62,293 nucleotides of DNA, filler included, from Chiloscyllium plagiosum (GCF_004010195.1; 4 parts of one record of this genome joined end to end with filler, not necessarily neighbours in it), one strand, 5' to 3'. Positions 40,029 to 52,895 are shown, numbered from the whole stretch's first letter. A program made the numbers and translations. Notes: a model not told the origin generated them from the letters alone.

Positions 40029-40935
40029 TTAATATAGTGACTGTCTACGTTCTGCTTCATAAAGATTGTGGATTGTCTCCATGCGTCAGACGTTACCTGG
40101 AGGCGATGGCAGTGAGGATCTACTGGTCATTATCCTCGACCTGATACTGAGACACATTCCCACTGTTTATGTGGAACAGTTTTCTTTTCTGAGGAACATT
40201 CCCGTGTGTAATATCCACACCGTCCTGCTTTATACAGCCACTGACTGCTCTGCCTGGTTCACCATCACTTTTACCTTTGATTGGTTGACGGCCATTTGTT
40301 GCCAGAAGCTGAAAAGTAAATTTTGCAGTGAGAAAAGGGCGGCTGTGGTTCTTGGAGCAGTGACTGTGCTGAGCTGTTTAAAGATCATTTTTTGGTATTT
40401 TATGCTTACAGCACGGTATGGGCTGTCCAACGCACCCTGGTTTTGTGATGTAACACTCGCTGTTTATTCCTCCCATGACTGGGCCACAATCGAGTTCCTC
40501 CACCACATTCTAACCCCAGCTCTCCCATTTCTCCTGATTCTGCTGCTGAATGTTTTCACAGTCAGACACATTTTAGTGACCAGCAGAGCACGCATGAGAC
40601 TCCGGGTTCACACCAATGGGGCAGCTCAGTCTGACGCAGAAATGAGAAATAGAAAGACATCTCTCTTTTTAGTATTTGTTATCTCGGCTAATTTCATCCT
40701 GTTATGGTCAATGTTAATGGTGTTTTCTATATGGAGCCGGATGGATTATATTGGGTATCAGTCTGTTTATCTACATCCCTTTGTGGGAGAACTGGGCTTC
40801 ATGCTACAGCTCCTCAGTTGCTGCACAAATACGGCGATTTATGCAGTGACCCAGACTAAGATCAGACAGCAGGTGAAGAATGTGCTGAATTATCCCTTTA
40901 TCAAAATCCATCAGTCAATTAAGTTCACACATTAA
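40029..40935 (+). pseudogene. GPR139/GPR142-like class A GPCR, main coding exon, frameshifted
   Basis: Polypyrimidine tract and CAG acceptor end at 40028; the exon reads VNIVTVYVLLHKDCGLSPCVRRYLEAMAV, then shifts frame at ~40112-40115 into DLLVIILDLILRHIP..ATDCSAWFTITFTFDWLTAICCQKLK..LQLLSCCTNTAIYAVTQTKIRQQ; stop at 40933-40935; AATAAA at 41144-41149. Confidence 0.85.
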
Positions 40936-41689
40936 TCAATCCATCTGGATTTTAAAATTTCAGTATAATGTTTCAGCGATGAAGCTGCCTATCGCTATGG
41001 TAACACACTGATGGTAGTGCTGGTTTGTCCAAGCTTATCCAAGAAGGGACTTCGGAAACACATTTCATTGCTTCTCACAGTTCAGGGGTCAATGAGAAAA
41101 GGCACCATCCCATTGACTGAATCGATCACTTCAATTTGTAAACAATAAAGTTGTGCATTAAAAAGTCTCGAGCAGTAGAGTGTACGGTATGTTTGTTTGT
41201 CTTTGCGTTGAGGAAGCTGAGGTGGGCAGAGACAGACTCAACCCCAAGTCCTGGTCCTCAGGGACGGGGTGGGTATCGGGGCCTGAGCTCAGGAGTTGTT
41301 TTTTATTCACTCTGTCCTGGCTTTCAACTCTGCGTCCCCAAATTCGATCTGGACACTGTACGGTTCATCTGTCTCCCTTTATCTTCCTCCCTACATATCT
41401 CCCTCCCACTGTCACACTGTCCCTCTGTCTCTCTCTCCTACTCCCATTTACAAATTATATTTCATTCTCCCTCCCTTTCACATTTTCCTTCGCTCTCTTT
41501 CCGTCATGCACTCCCTCCCTCCCAATCTCCTCTCTTCCTCGAATCCTGTCTCACCTGCTATTGTGAGTGGAGCAGAGGAAGTGTGCAGATATTCAGGCCG
41601 ATCCGACACGAACAGAGATTGGAGCAGCACTATGTTAACAATATCAGGCTTGGGCCAATAGCCATTGTTAGGAGACTCAGTAGATTTGA

Positions 41690-44600
41690 GCGAGTGAGCA
41701 TTGGTGGGAGAGGCCGAGTAAATGAGTGAGACCGGAGGACTGGGAATAAGCCATCCCTGGAGAAACAGTGAGTTAACGAGTGAGGTTGGGAGGATGGAAT
41801 CGAATGAGAGAGATCCACGGTGAATGAGTAATAAAGAGATAGCAAACCTGGTGGAGAAAGAGTGCGAGTGAATGAACGGGGCGAGGAGGGAGGGCGATAG
41901 TGAGCCTGGATGTGAGACAGTGAGCAAATAAGTGCTGCCGGAATGGAGGGAGTAAAGAGATAGTGTGTGAGAGCGCTAACAAACAAGGGAACATCATTGC
42001 CGAAAGGGAGGGAGGAAGCGAGTCTGGGTGGAATAGAGAGAGCAAACTCGTGAGACTGGGTTGGGACGGAGTGGGCAAGCCTATTTGGGAGAGAGAAAGC
42101 GAACGGGTGAGGCGGTGAGGGAGGAACAAAAAAACTGGGTGGGAGAGAGTGAGCAAACGAACAATGTGGAGAGTGAGGAAGCGAGTGAGCTTGGATGGGC
42201 GAGCGCGAGCAAGCCTGGTGGGAGAGACAGCGAGTGAATCAATGGTGAACCTGAACATGTGTTGCTGGAAAAGCGCAGCAGGTCAGGCAGCATCCAGGGA
42301 ACAGGAGAATCGACGTTTCAGGCATAAGCCCTTCTTCAGGAATGCCCGAAACGTCGATTCTCCTGTTCCCTGGATGCTGCCTGACCTGCTGCGCTTTTCC
42401 AGCAACACATTTTCAGCTCTGATCCCCAGCATCTGCAGACCTCACTTTCTCCTCAGTGAATCAACGGGACCAGGAATGAGGACGTAGCTAGCCTGGATGT
42501 GATACAGCGAGCAAACAAGTAAGACCAAGAAGGACGGAGCGAGCAGGAAAGCATTGTAGAGTGCTAACAAACAAGAGATGGGGAGGGAGGGAGAGATTGA
42601 ACCTGACTGGAAGAGAGCAAAAGAGCGTGCGAGATGGGGAGGGCAGGAGATAGCGAGCTTGTGTGGAACACAGCGAGTGAACGAGTGAGACCCGGAGGGC
42701 GGGAGAGAGCGAACATGGACGGAGGGAAGTAAGAGAGCCTGGGTGGGAATAAGTGAGTGGAAGAGTTAAACCAGGAAGGAAATAGGTATAGAGACAGGGT
42801 GGGAGAGAATGAGCAAACGAGTGAGATCAGGAGAGTGGAATGCAGTGAGACTGGCTTGAAGAGAGCGAGTGAAAAATGACACCAGGAAAACAAGAGGGAA
42901 CGAGACTGGGTTGGAAAGGCCGAGTGGATGAGTGAGCCCAGGAGGAAGGAAGACAGCAAGAATGGGTGGGAGAGAGCGAGTGAACAACTGACACTTGGAG
43001 TGAGTTAGAGAACGAACGGGATTGGCAGGGAGGGAACGAGCGTGGGGTGGTTGAGAGACAGCGAGTCTGGGGCTGGTATAAAGGCCGAACAAATGAAATC
43101 AAGAGGAAGGGCAGAAGCGAGCCCGTGTGGGGTAATCGAGCAAAAAAGTGAGACCGCGAGGGAGGAAACAAGCAACTGTGGCTGGGGGATCGTGAGAGAA
43201 CAAGCGAGAAAAAGAGGGAGGAAGCTTGCAAAGGTGGGTGGAACAGAGTGAGCGAATACGTGAGTCTGGAAGGAAAGGAGGAATTTTACTTGGGAGAGAG
43301 CGAGGGAATGGATTTGAGTGGGATAGAAGGAGCAGCTGAGGCTTGGGAGAAGCGAGTGAGAGAATAATGAGATCAGGATGGAGAGAGTGAGCGAAGCTGA
43401 GGGTGTAGAGCAGGAGAACATCAAGACCAGGATAAAGGGAGGCAGCGAGCCTGTTTGGGAGAGTGTGTGTACACAACTGAGAACAGGAGGGAGGGAGGGA
43501 GAGAATAAGCGAGATTAGCAAGGAGCGAGCGAGCCTGGTTGGGTGAGAGCCAGCGAGCCTGGGGCTGATAGAACGTGAACGAATGAGATCAGGCAAGAGG
43601 GAGGGAGCAAGCATTGGTCGGAGTAATCGAGCGAAATATTGAATCCTGGAGGAAGGAAACGAGCCAGACTGGGTGGGAGATAGCGAAAGAACGAACGAGT
43701 CAAGGAGGAATGGAGCGAGCGAACCTGGGTGGAACAGAGCGAGCAAATAAGTGAGACAGGAAGGAAGGGAGGAAGAGAGCCTGAGTGGGAGAGCGCGAAG
43801 GAATAGACTTGAATAGGATGGAGGAAGCAAGCGAGGCTGTGTAGAAGATAGGGAGCGAACGAACGAGATCAGGATAGAGTCAGTGAGCGAAAATGGGGTG
43901 TAGAGCAAGTAAACATCAAGACCAGGAGGGATGGAGAAAGCGAATCTGGGTGGAAGAGAGAGAGAGCGAAGCAGTGTGATCTTGAGGGAGGGAGGGAGCG
44001 TTCCTGTATGGGAGAAAGCGAGTTAATGAGTCAGATGGGGAGGCAGGGAGCGAACATTCCTGGGTGGGAGAGACCGAGCAAACAAGTGAGAGTCGGAGGG
44101 AGGGAGGGAACGAGCCTTGTTGGGAGAGAGTGATCAAACCAGTGGGGAGCGGGGAGGTGAGTGAGCCTGAGTGGTAGGGTACGAGTGATCAAGTGAGACC
44201 GAGAGGGAGGGAATGAGTGACACCTGGTGAGAGAGAGCGAGCAAATGAGTGTGACCGGGAGGGAGCGATTGAATGAGAGAGATGGGGAGGGAGAGAACAA
44301 AAAAGCCTGGTGAGAGAGAATGAGTAGTGAAGTAAGACTGAGTTGTAGTGAGTGACTGAACAAATCAGACCAGTAGGGCAATAGCATTTCAACCTGTTTG
44401 GGAGAAAGGGAGCGAATGAATGTGATGGGGAGAGAGTGAGCGATTGAGCCTGGCTTGAAGAGAGCGAGCGAACGATAGATACCAGGAGGATGGGAGCAAG
44501 CATGCCTGGGTGGAAGAGAGTGAGCAATCGACTGAGACTGGGAGGTACGCAGCGAGCAAATGGAACAAAACCAGGGGGAGAGAGTGAATGAGCTTGGGGT

Positions 44601-45300
44601 GGAGATGATGACTGAGACGAGGAGGGAGGGATCGATCGAAAGGGAGAGTCTGATAGGAAGAGAGTGAGCAAGCCCTTGTGGGAGAGAACAAGCGAACACG
44701 TGGGAGAGGCTGGGAGGGAGAGAGTGTGCCTTGGCGACTGTGAGCATGCAAACGAGTCAGACCAGGTGGGACGGATGGTGCAGGCCTGCTTGAGAGAGAG
44801 CAAGTGAACGGGTGAGACGGGGAGAGAGGGAGGGAGGGAGCCTGTGTGGGAGAATGCGAGCAAATAGGCGAGCCCAAGAGGGAGAGAGCGAGTGAGCCTG
44901 GGTGAGAGACAACCAGTGAGACTGTGTGGGAGAGAGCAAGTGAGACTTGGTCGGCGTCAGCAATTGAACAAATCAGACCAGGAGGAAGGGAGTGTGCAAG
45001 CCAATTTGGGAGAGAGTGAACGAGCGTGTGTGATGTGGAGAAAGGGAGGGAACGAGCCTGCATGAGAGAGAATGAGCAAACAAGCGAGACCAGGAAGGAG
45101 AGAGCGAAATTAGTTGGAAAAGAGCGAGCGAACGAGTCAAATCAGCAGGCATGGTTCGAATCTGGGTGGGAGAGAGCTAACGAGCGAGTGAAACCAGGAT
45201 GGAGGGAGGGAGGGAGAGTGTGAGTGAGACCGAGAAGTATCAAGTGAGCCTAGGTTGGAGAGACTGAGCTAACGAGTGATATTGGAAGGGAGGGAGCGAG
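41690..45300 (+). repeat. Satellite C: purine-rich ~52-56-bp diverged tandem array (approx. GAGCGAGCCTGGGTGGGAGAGAGCGAGCGAACGAGTGAGACCAGGAGGGAGG)
   Basis: CTGGGTGG-like anchor at 43669, 43725, 43781 and 43837 (56-bp spacing). Confidence 0.9.
42251..42454 (+). mobile_element. Fold-back Penelope-derived short insertion with ~13-bp TSD
   Basis: AGTGAATCAA(T/C)GG at 42233-42245 and 42455-42467; near-perfect inverted arms; complete hammerhead motif on the minus strand at 42307-42343. Confidence 0.88.
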
Positions 45301-47929
45301 CGGAAATTTCAGGTTAGTTCCTCCCCCAGGGGCATCTCGGTCCGAATCAACTTTGCCAGGCCTGGCGCACAGCGTTTGGGATAGCGACGGCGTTGATATA
45401 TACGACTTCACCTGCCAGCTGAATTGTGTTTCAATCTGGTTCTGCCATTCAATAGGAAACTAACGTTATCTTCATGTGGGAATATAAAATCCTAACCTAC
45501 CTCATACTTTTTTTTCTTAATAATATCAGTGACATCAGAAGGAATACATAGCAAAAACATCGGATAAAACAAAGGTGAGTAAGCTTTTCGATTATTTTTC
45601 ACTCCTGGGCTGTATACCACTTCTGTCAGACAGATGGTCACTTATTTCAACCTTATAACGCAAGCCATTCGTGTTCAGGTCACGAGAAAATTTTGCTGTC
45701 TGTACATCTGTATCATCCTTTGAACATATTGAGCAAATTGGGCCGATTTATTCTTGTGGTCGGGGCATGCTTCATTCACATTACTCTGATTCCCGGGGTG
45801 GTCCCAAGTTTAGGATGGTTCAGGCCACTCATCCGCAATATATCGGCTTTGAAGACTGGACGTTTCATTTTCAAAATAAGCAAAGGTTTCTAATGAGATT
45901 GTTTGCTGGGGAGGATCAGAAATTGTTAGGGGCTGAATAGGTATCCTGGAATAAAACCAACTTCAGTGTCATCCCCATCCTCAAATAGGATAGGTGTACC
46001 AGACAAAGGTTCAGGATTTTGCAAATATCTGACTTTTTTTTAAGTGTTGTTGTTTTCACGTTTATTCACATTCCTCAGCCGTAGTGGGCTTCCACTATTT
46101 CTCCAGTTCCCTTTCGTTTTCATCTGGCCATTTGCACTCAGCTTTTAACTTCTCCCAGCTTTGGCGAGTTCCATCTGGTGTACAAACCTCTATTACCCTC
46201 TCACATGCAGAATTCGTTCAACTGGCCAGGAAGGGTTTTTTTTGTTTACTATCCGCTTTATCCTTCACTTCTTGAAAATTAATAATTAATCAATGCAGCC
46301 ATGCTTCAAGGTAACCCCGAGACAATGACACAGGTCAATACCAATGTGAAAAGGTATGAAACTAATCAACCTGCCAATGTTTTCTGGTTTTGTGATTCAG
46401 GGCTAATACAATTGGGTATTTAAAAATAATAATTAGGTGTAACTCAGAGGTGGAAACTGAGCCAGTGAATAATACATTTCTGAAGTAATCAATAAAAAGT
46501 GGAAAATCATTTATAAAAACCATTACAATTACTTGGTTCTCGTCCCATAATTTCAAACCCAGATAAGGTAACTTAAGCGGTTTTGACCAGTCATTGCACA
46601 TTTTCAATGTTAAAAAGCTGTGAAATGACTGCAACTGCATAAAGACGTCTTGTCCACTTACATGGCAACAAAATACTTCTCTTGCACAAATAATGGTCGA
46701 ATTCAAAGACAGAGATATTAAAAATAAGGTATTACGTTTTGTTAGTGATTTTCATAACACAATGTTCAAACAAAACGTCAATTCTCAGTGACGGAGAGGA
46801 ATTGATAAAGAATAATGCTACAAATGGAGATGCAATAGACTTAAGATTGAGTGGAAACATACGAGTCCGAAACAAACAAACAAAAAAACCTGCCAGTATC
46901 ATTTTCTGAAAACAATATTGGTCGATTGGGATATTTGAGATCTATCGTTATACTTTCAGCTCCATGTTTTTTAAGTAAACTAAATTATATAAAGCTCATG
47001 TGATTGTCTAAGGTGATGTTTCTCAATGTTACTTCTGGATTATTATTTATGAAAAAAGAGAAGGCACCTGCTGAGGCCAGGGTTTACAGTGCTACTGCGT
47101 TTAATGCACTTAGTCAAATATTTGATTAATCCAATGAAATAAAAAATGGGTGAACTTCAAATTTGGCAGTCGCTTGACACAAATTGGGTTTTTAGAGCAG
47201 GTTCATACCAGCGTCTAATCGGAAAATCGTCACCATCCATATTTAACTGATTCAAATTTAAATAAGGTTGGCTTTCATGTAAACATAAAGTGTGACCAGT
47301 TAGAAATTAACAGTACAACGTTCACGGTCTGTAAGAAGAAATGGTGGGTTAATATTTCATTAATATTCTTTTATCTTGCATTTATTAATTTCATTATCAC
47401 CCATGGTTAGTTAAAAAAACGTTAAAAAGATACCGCCTTAAATTCCCAAAGTGCAGATTAAATTCAAAACACTCCTGAATCTCGAACTCCAGTAAATAAA
47501 TCACAAACATTCAATCACCAACAATCAAATACGCATTCTAACTAGAGCGCAAAGGGTTAAACATTCGGCAAGCTGCAGGGAATCAACGCTGAGTCAGTCT
47601 TTCTGTCTTTCTGTCTCTCGCATACACACAAGAACGTTTTCCAACATTTATTCCGTTCTACAGTTCCATCCACCCTCAGGTATCCTGGGCAATGCATTGG
47701 TCAGCCAGTCCAGATCCTGGTAGCGAATATATTGCGATTGTCTGACACACTCCCAGTTATCTTATGAACGAAAGCACCATTCTTTTTACATGTGGGAGCT
47801 CTTTGTCCCTGCTATCNNNNNNNNNNNNNNNNNNNNNNNNNNNNNNNNNNNNNNNNNNNNTTAATTAATTAANNNNNNNNNNNNNNNNNNNNNNNNNNNN
47901 NNNNNNNNNNNNNNNNCTGTTACATGAAA

Positions 47930-48620
47930 GTTACCGACAATTTAACAGCAGAAAACTGACTGCTATCCGTGTCTTGCTGCACAAGGATATAGATTGCTTC
48001 AACAACTGAGAGGGGAACAAATGTTCTGATCATTGTGTGATCTTCAGTGACCATCCCCACTTCTGATCTTATGTTGAGGAAAGGACATTATTAAAGCAGC
48101 TGGGGATATTTCTGCTGAGGAAGCTAACTAAAGGATCTGCTGAAGAGATGTCCAAGGACTGAGAGGATTGTCGGCCACCGACCACAAACACGTTTCTTTG
48201 TTGTCTGAAAGACCCCAACCAATGGGGAGATTACATCTAATTTCCATGAAGCTCAAATAAGTAGGTGGTCCCGATGACTTCCTCAGTCAAATATTGCTTT
48301 GATATCAAGGCCACTCACTCTTTCCCTGAGCCCCTGTAATCAACTCTTATTCATACAATTACGTATGGTGTGTGTGTGTGGAAGGAGTGTTTTCTTCTCA
48401 CAGAGGATCATCAATGGCAGGAATTACGTGTACTGGAGAGTGAGGTGAGTTACATCGCTGAAAGTATTTAAAGAGAAGGTAGATGGATTTTTGACCTGTC
48501 AGAGAGCTGAGGGGTGTGAAGAATTGGGCATTGAAGAGGAGTTATTGCTATCAGAATATCAGCAATAATCGTGTGCGGTGGCTGAATCGTCCGAATTACC
48601 TGATCCGGTTGCTAATGTTC
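47930..48620. mobile_element. CR1-group LINE fragments (minus-strand RT piece, then plus-strand CR1 3' end)
   Basis: 48040-48330 matches the same family as 38140-38200 (CCCACTTCTGAxCTTATG..GCAGCTG); 48390-48620 resembles FFSQRxI..W..L..FKEKVDGFL. Confidence 0.55.
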
Positions 48621-51600
48621 TCATATTCTGTAATTACAAATCTAATAGTTGTAATTTTCCTGAAAGTTCGGTTATTAAATCTTGCAGTCAAAGAGAGCAA
48701 AGTATTTCGTGAATCACCTCTGGATGAGTTACGGGTTTGTATTCACCGTGAAGCTTGGTCGACAACATGGCCAACAAATGAAGCACAGGTTGCTGAGAGA
48801 AGATAGTCTGCAAAGAGACCAGAGGCGTCCTTCGAACCTAGCCTGGATTGACCAGTGACATTTCCAACCCACAGCAAACTATGTGTGACAGTCTTGTGGG
48901 ACTGAATGAGATTCTGTGTTACTGTGTAACAGATACTTCGAGCAGGTTGCTCCCATCAGCTCCTGTTCAGGACGTTTGAGAGGCTGAATGGAACAGAGGA
49001 GCAAAGCACTGAGGAGCCGAAATTGCTCATTAGTCACGTTGTACCTGCTCCACCACGCACTAAGGACTTGGCTGATCTGATTGAGGTCTCAGCAGCACTT
49101 TTTTTGTCTGAATACCGTTCTCCCACATTCACTTGTCTATCAAGTGTTTCACAAACATACCTATAAATAAATACAAACATCTAGGCACGAGGAACGTCTG
49201 GGTCAGGGAATTCCCACTTGAACAGCCCTTTGAGACTTTCTTATTTGTGTTCCGAACAATGTTGTAGTATCACTGTTTCCATTTCCAGTCCCACTCCTAC
49301 ACAGGTTACAACAAATTTTAAATGAAACCAGTTTAGTGATGTGGCCAATGATATAGCTCTCAGCCCGGGTCATTTTATAAAAAAAATGTGAGACGCAGAA
49401 AATGGAACTCATTTGAAAAAACGAAAATGATAGAGTCTCGCAAATGTTATTCTGTGTTTGAAATAATTCTGCGCACACAAGCTGCAAGTAATGAGATTTC
49501 TTTCTGGAACAGTGGGATTTGGCTGAACTCTCTTTTAGAGATTCCAATGAATACTCGTCATGAATCCTTCACAAGTGGTAAAGATAACTCAGGGATGTTA
49601 TAGACTCACACTTTGCTATCAGGAGGAACAAAGTAAGAGAGAGGGATCAATCGGCTGCTGATTCTCAGGAAGGAAAATTTCTCTCACTCTCTCTGTTTAA
49701 CCATGCAATAATGTCAACAGAACAACAAACAGAACAATATACGATCTCCTGGAATATTCTCTGGAAACGATGATAATGGACTATATGCAGGTGCATCATT
49801 GCTGTTGTTGTACACTGTGTCTTTCATTAGTTAAAAAAAAGTTCAGCTTTACAATTTGATAGCATGTTTATATGTGTTTGCGTAATTTCTACATATTGGT
49901 CGATGTCTTCATAATGTGTTAATGTCAATGTATCTTTTATTTCAAATTGGTTCTCTAGCTGTAATCTCCTTAACAAGAGAACAGATGCTTCCAGCTGAAA
50001 GATCTTTCTGATAATCATGTATTGTTCAACAAGATTTCTCATCGATGATCAAAACTGATAATCGTCCATAACAAGGGCCATTCATTCGGTAATGACAAAA
50101 TGGAAATGTCTTTGAAAATCTTTTAAAGTAATTTTTTTAGTCTAGTGAATCAAAACTGTACAAAACTGTGGTCTCAGGAATGCCATGTAACGCTAGCAGT
50201 AAAACATTCCTCATAAAACCTGATACCTTTTTGCAGAAACAGCACCATTCCACTTATGTCCTAAATGACTTGCTTCATATGCAGACTGACATCGCATGAT
50301 TCATGTACGAAGAACACGGAAACTGCATGTATGACGGAGTACCACAATCTTTCTTCATTTAAATTAATTACCACTGACTTTTCCTTCCGGCCAAAATGGA
50401 CAATTCACATTATGTTATTTCTGCTGAAGGTTTGCTCACTAACGTTCCCTGTCACTTTGCAGAGTCAATACCTCCATTTGACGGCACATTGAATGATTAT
50501 TTTGATGTGCGAGCTAATTGAGCTCCAATTCATTCTGGCCGCTTCCTCCATATTTTTGATAAGGATTATTGATCATTGACGTCTCCACGGTAATCTCTGA
50601 GGTACTCCACCGGTAACAGCTTTGAAACATCAAAACAAACATTTAACTCTACTGTCTATTTCCTGTTTATGGCAGCTTCCCTGTTCCTGTGTAGCAGCTC
50701 AGCCAGTTTGAACGTTCTTCTCCTGGCCAGTGTAATGTGCTGAGCAAACTGAATTACTTCATTCTATATTCCTGTGTAATTCCTTCGAGGGGTATAATAG
50801 TCTCCTCCCGTCTCATTGTAATGATCCTGTGTGGCTGAATGGGATGGTTCCCTACCCTGTAAGTGCATCGAGGGTAGATTGAGAGAACAGCACATCGGGT
50901 AGGGGCAGCAGTTGGCCATTCGGCGGCACAATTCAGAATGTTCATGGCTAATCGAATTGTATCTGACCCTCCGATTTTGTCTGAAAATCGGATTGTGTCT
51001 GACCATCCGTCTCCTTTCTGTTCCCAATAAACATAGACTGACCTGTCCAACAAATATCAATCGAGCTTAGCCTTGAATATCTTCAATATCTGAGTCTCCA
51101 CTGATCCCTGAAGATGTTGACATCACTGATTGCATAAGACGAAAGTGGAAGTGACATCCTTATTTCATTGCAGAGCCCGTTAGGTTAAGACTATGTTAAC
51201 CTAACATCAAATCTCCATCTCTTTTGAGACATAAGGAGACAATAATTAGGAATAGACATAAACGATTCCACCCTTCAAACCTGTCCCACATTCCCAGTGA
51301 CTCTTCCCAATCAAATATATGTCAAACCCAGCCTCTGCTGCTGTCTCAGGAAGAGAATACCCGAGAGCGCAACACCATACGAGCATTAAATAAAGAAGCT
51401 GAAATAGGCCATTCGGCCCATCGAGTCCAAAATTCCTTTCAATAATTTCTTATATGTTCCTCAGCATACCCGAATGTCTTTTCCAAGTCCAGCATTACTA
51501 ACACTCAGATTTCACAGAATCTTATGCTTGAATGTTGCAAATAGCAAGAAGAAGCAAACATTGTTGTGCGATCTACCTAAACCAAAACTGGCGTGCTAAT

Positions 51601-51646
51601 ATTCTGCATCATATGCTCTGGAAATTACATATGCAAATACATGCCA

Positions 51647-51980
51647 GGGGAAGCAATGGCCCAGTGGTGTTACCGCTGTACTCTTAACCCCGGAACACAG
51701 GTAATGTTTTGGGGACCCGGGTTCGAATCATGCCATGTCAGATGGTGGAATTTGAATTCAACAAATATTGGAATCAAAGGTCTATGATGGTCTACAATGG
51801 ATATTGTTGGAATAACTCGTCTGGTTCACTAATGCCGTTTAGCTAACGAAACTGCTTTCCTTATCTGATCTCGCCGACATGTGACTCCACCGACAGCAAT
51901 CCGGAGAACTCTTAACTGCCCTCTGACATGGGTAATATGTGTTGGTTACCCAGTGATGCGCCCATCCTGTGAATGCGCAA
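51647..51980 (+). mobile_element. SacSINE1-like tRNA-derived DeuSINE, near full length
   Basis: A-box TGGCCCAGTGG (51657-51667), B-box GGTTCGAATC (51720-51729), Deu-domain-like CTGGTTCACTAATG..ATGTGACTCC..CTCTTAACTGCCCTCTGA and a LINE-like 3' tail. Confidence 0.85.
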
Positions 51981-52895
51981 AATGCAATTGTTGATGCTAT
52001 AGTAATAATGGATTTTCTGGGATATATCTGGTCAGGAACAGCAGATTTATAGAAATAGTGCAATGCCTGAAAAATGCGTCAATTTCCTTAAGGTAAAAAC
52101 GCCGACGAGTGAGACAGTGACTGAACGATGGTTAACATAACAAATTAAAGATTACATTAATCACAGAAAGTGACAGCAGAAGAATTCCCGACATTGGTGA
52201 AACCTGTGAATTCTTGGAAGTTGACGATCCAGAAAAGGAGAGCCATGAAACTGATAAGTAAACCAAAAAATAAAACATGCATGCAAGCAAACAGTAAAAC
52301 AAAGACTGCGTAAATCTGCAGTCGATACAACAAAGAAAGCAAAGTAAAAGCAAGGTCAAGCGTGGAAATATGTAATCGTGAGAGGAGAGTTTATTGTGGA
52401 CAACAGGGAAATGGTCAAGAAAATAACTAGTTACTTTGCATCTGTCATCATGAGAGAGATCACGAAAATCTCTGAGAAATACCAATTGACCATAAAGTAT
52501 TTGTGGAACTAAAGTCAACTTATATCGGTAACAAGGTAGTACTTGGAAATGTAGCCCAATCTGAGAAAGGTTATACTAATCACAGAGGAAGTGCAATGGC
52601 CACCGTCCGGACTAATCCCTCAGATGGAACCTCAACGTGTGCTCACCAGAGTTTCAAATAATAAGAGGTGACCGCAATGAAATTTGGAAAATTCACTAAA
52701 CATATGGCAAGTTGTAAATAAACAGGCTTTGTTTCCCCTGGCTATCTACTCTACATTTAAGGCAAATAATGACAGAATAAAGGACAGGCCGTTTAAGAAT
52801 GCAATGAGGAGCAGAGTCTTCACTCAAAGGGGGGTGACTAAAAAAGATACATGGAAACCTGCTGCCAGGGTAAGATTAGGCAGGATGTCCAGATA

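Noticed and set aside
40066..40935. 289-aa ORF as an intact GPCR starting at 40066
   Set aside because: The first ~15 residues are out of frame; homology begins at the acceptor (40029) in another frame, so the exon is frameshifted.
41560..41665. Ig V-like string RYSGRSDTNRDWSSTMLTISGL
   Set aside because: It is followed by a stop and has no DxAxYYC, no conserved Trp/Cys and no recombination signal; probably chance.
41478..45063. Long Ser/Leu/Pro-rich minus-strand ORFs (up to 269 aa)
   Set aside because: They result from the stop-poor pyrimidine strand of satellite C.
45530..45574. 45-nt plus-strand exon candidate (CAG...AG/GTGAGT)
   Set aside because: It has stops in all three frames, so it is not a coding exon; nothing supports a non-coding exon.
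51647..51740. tRNA gene (A and B boxes)
   Set aside because: It continues into a Deu-domain-like body and LINE-like tail, so it is a SINE head.
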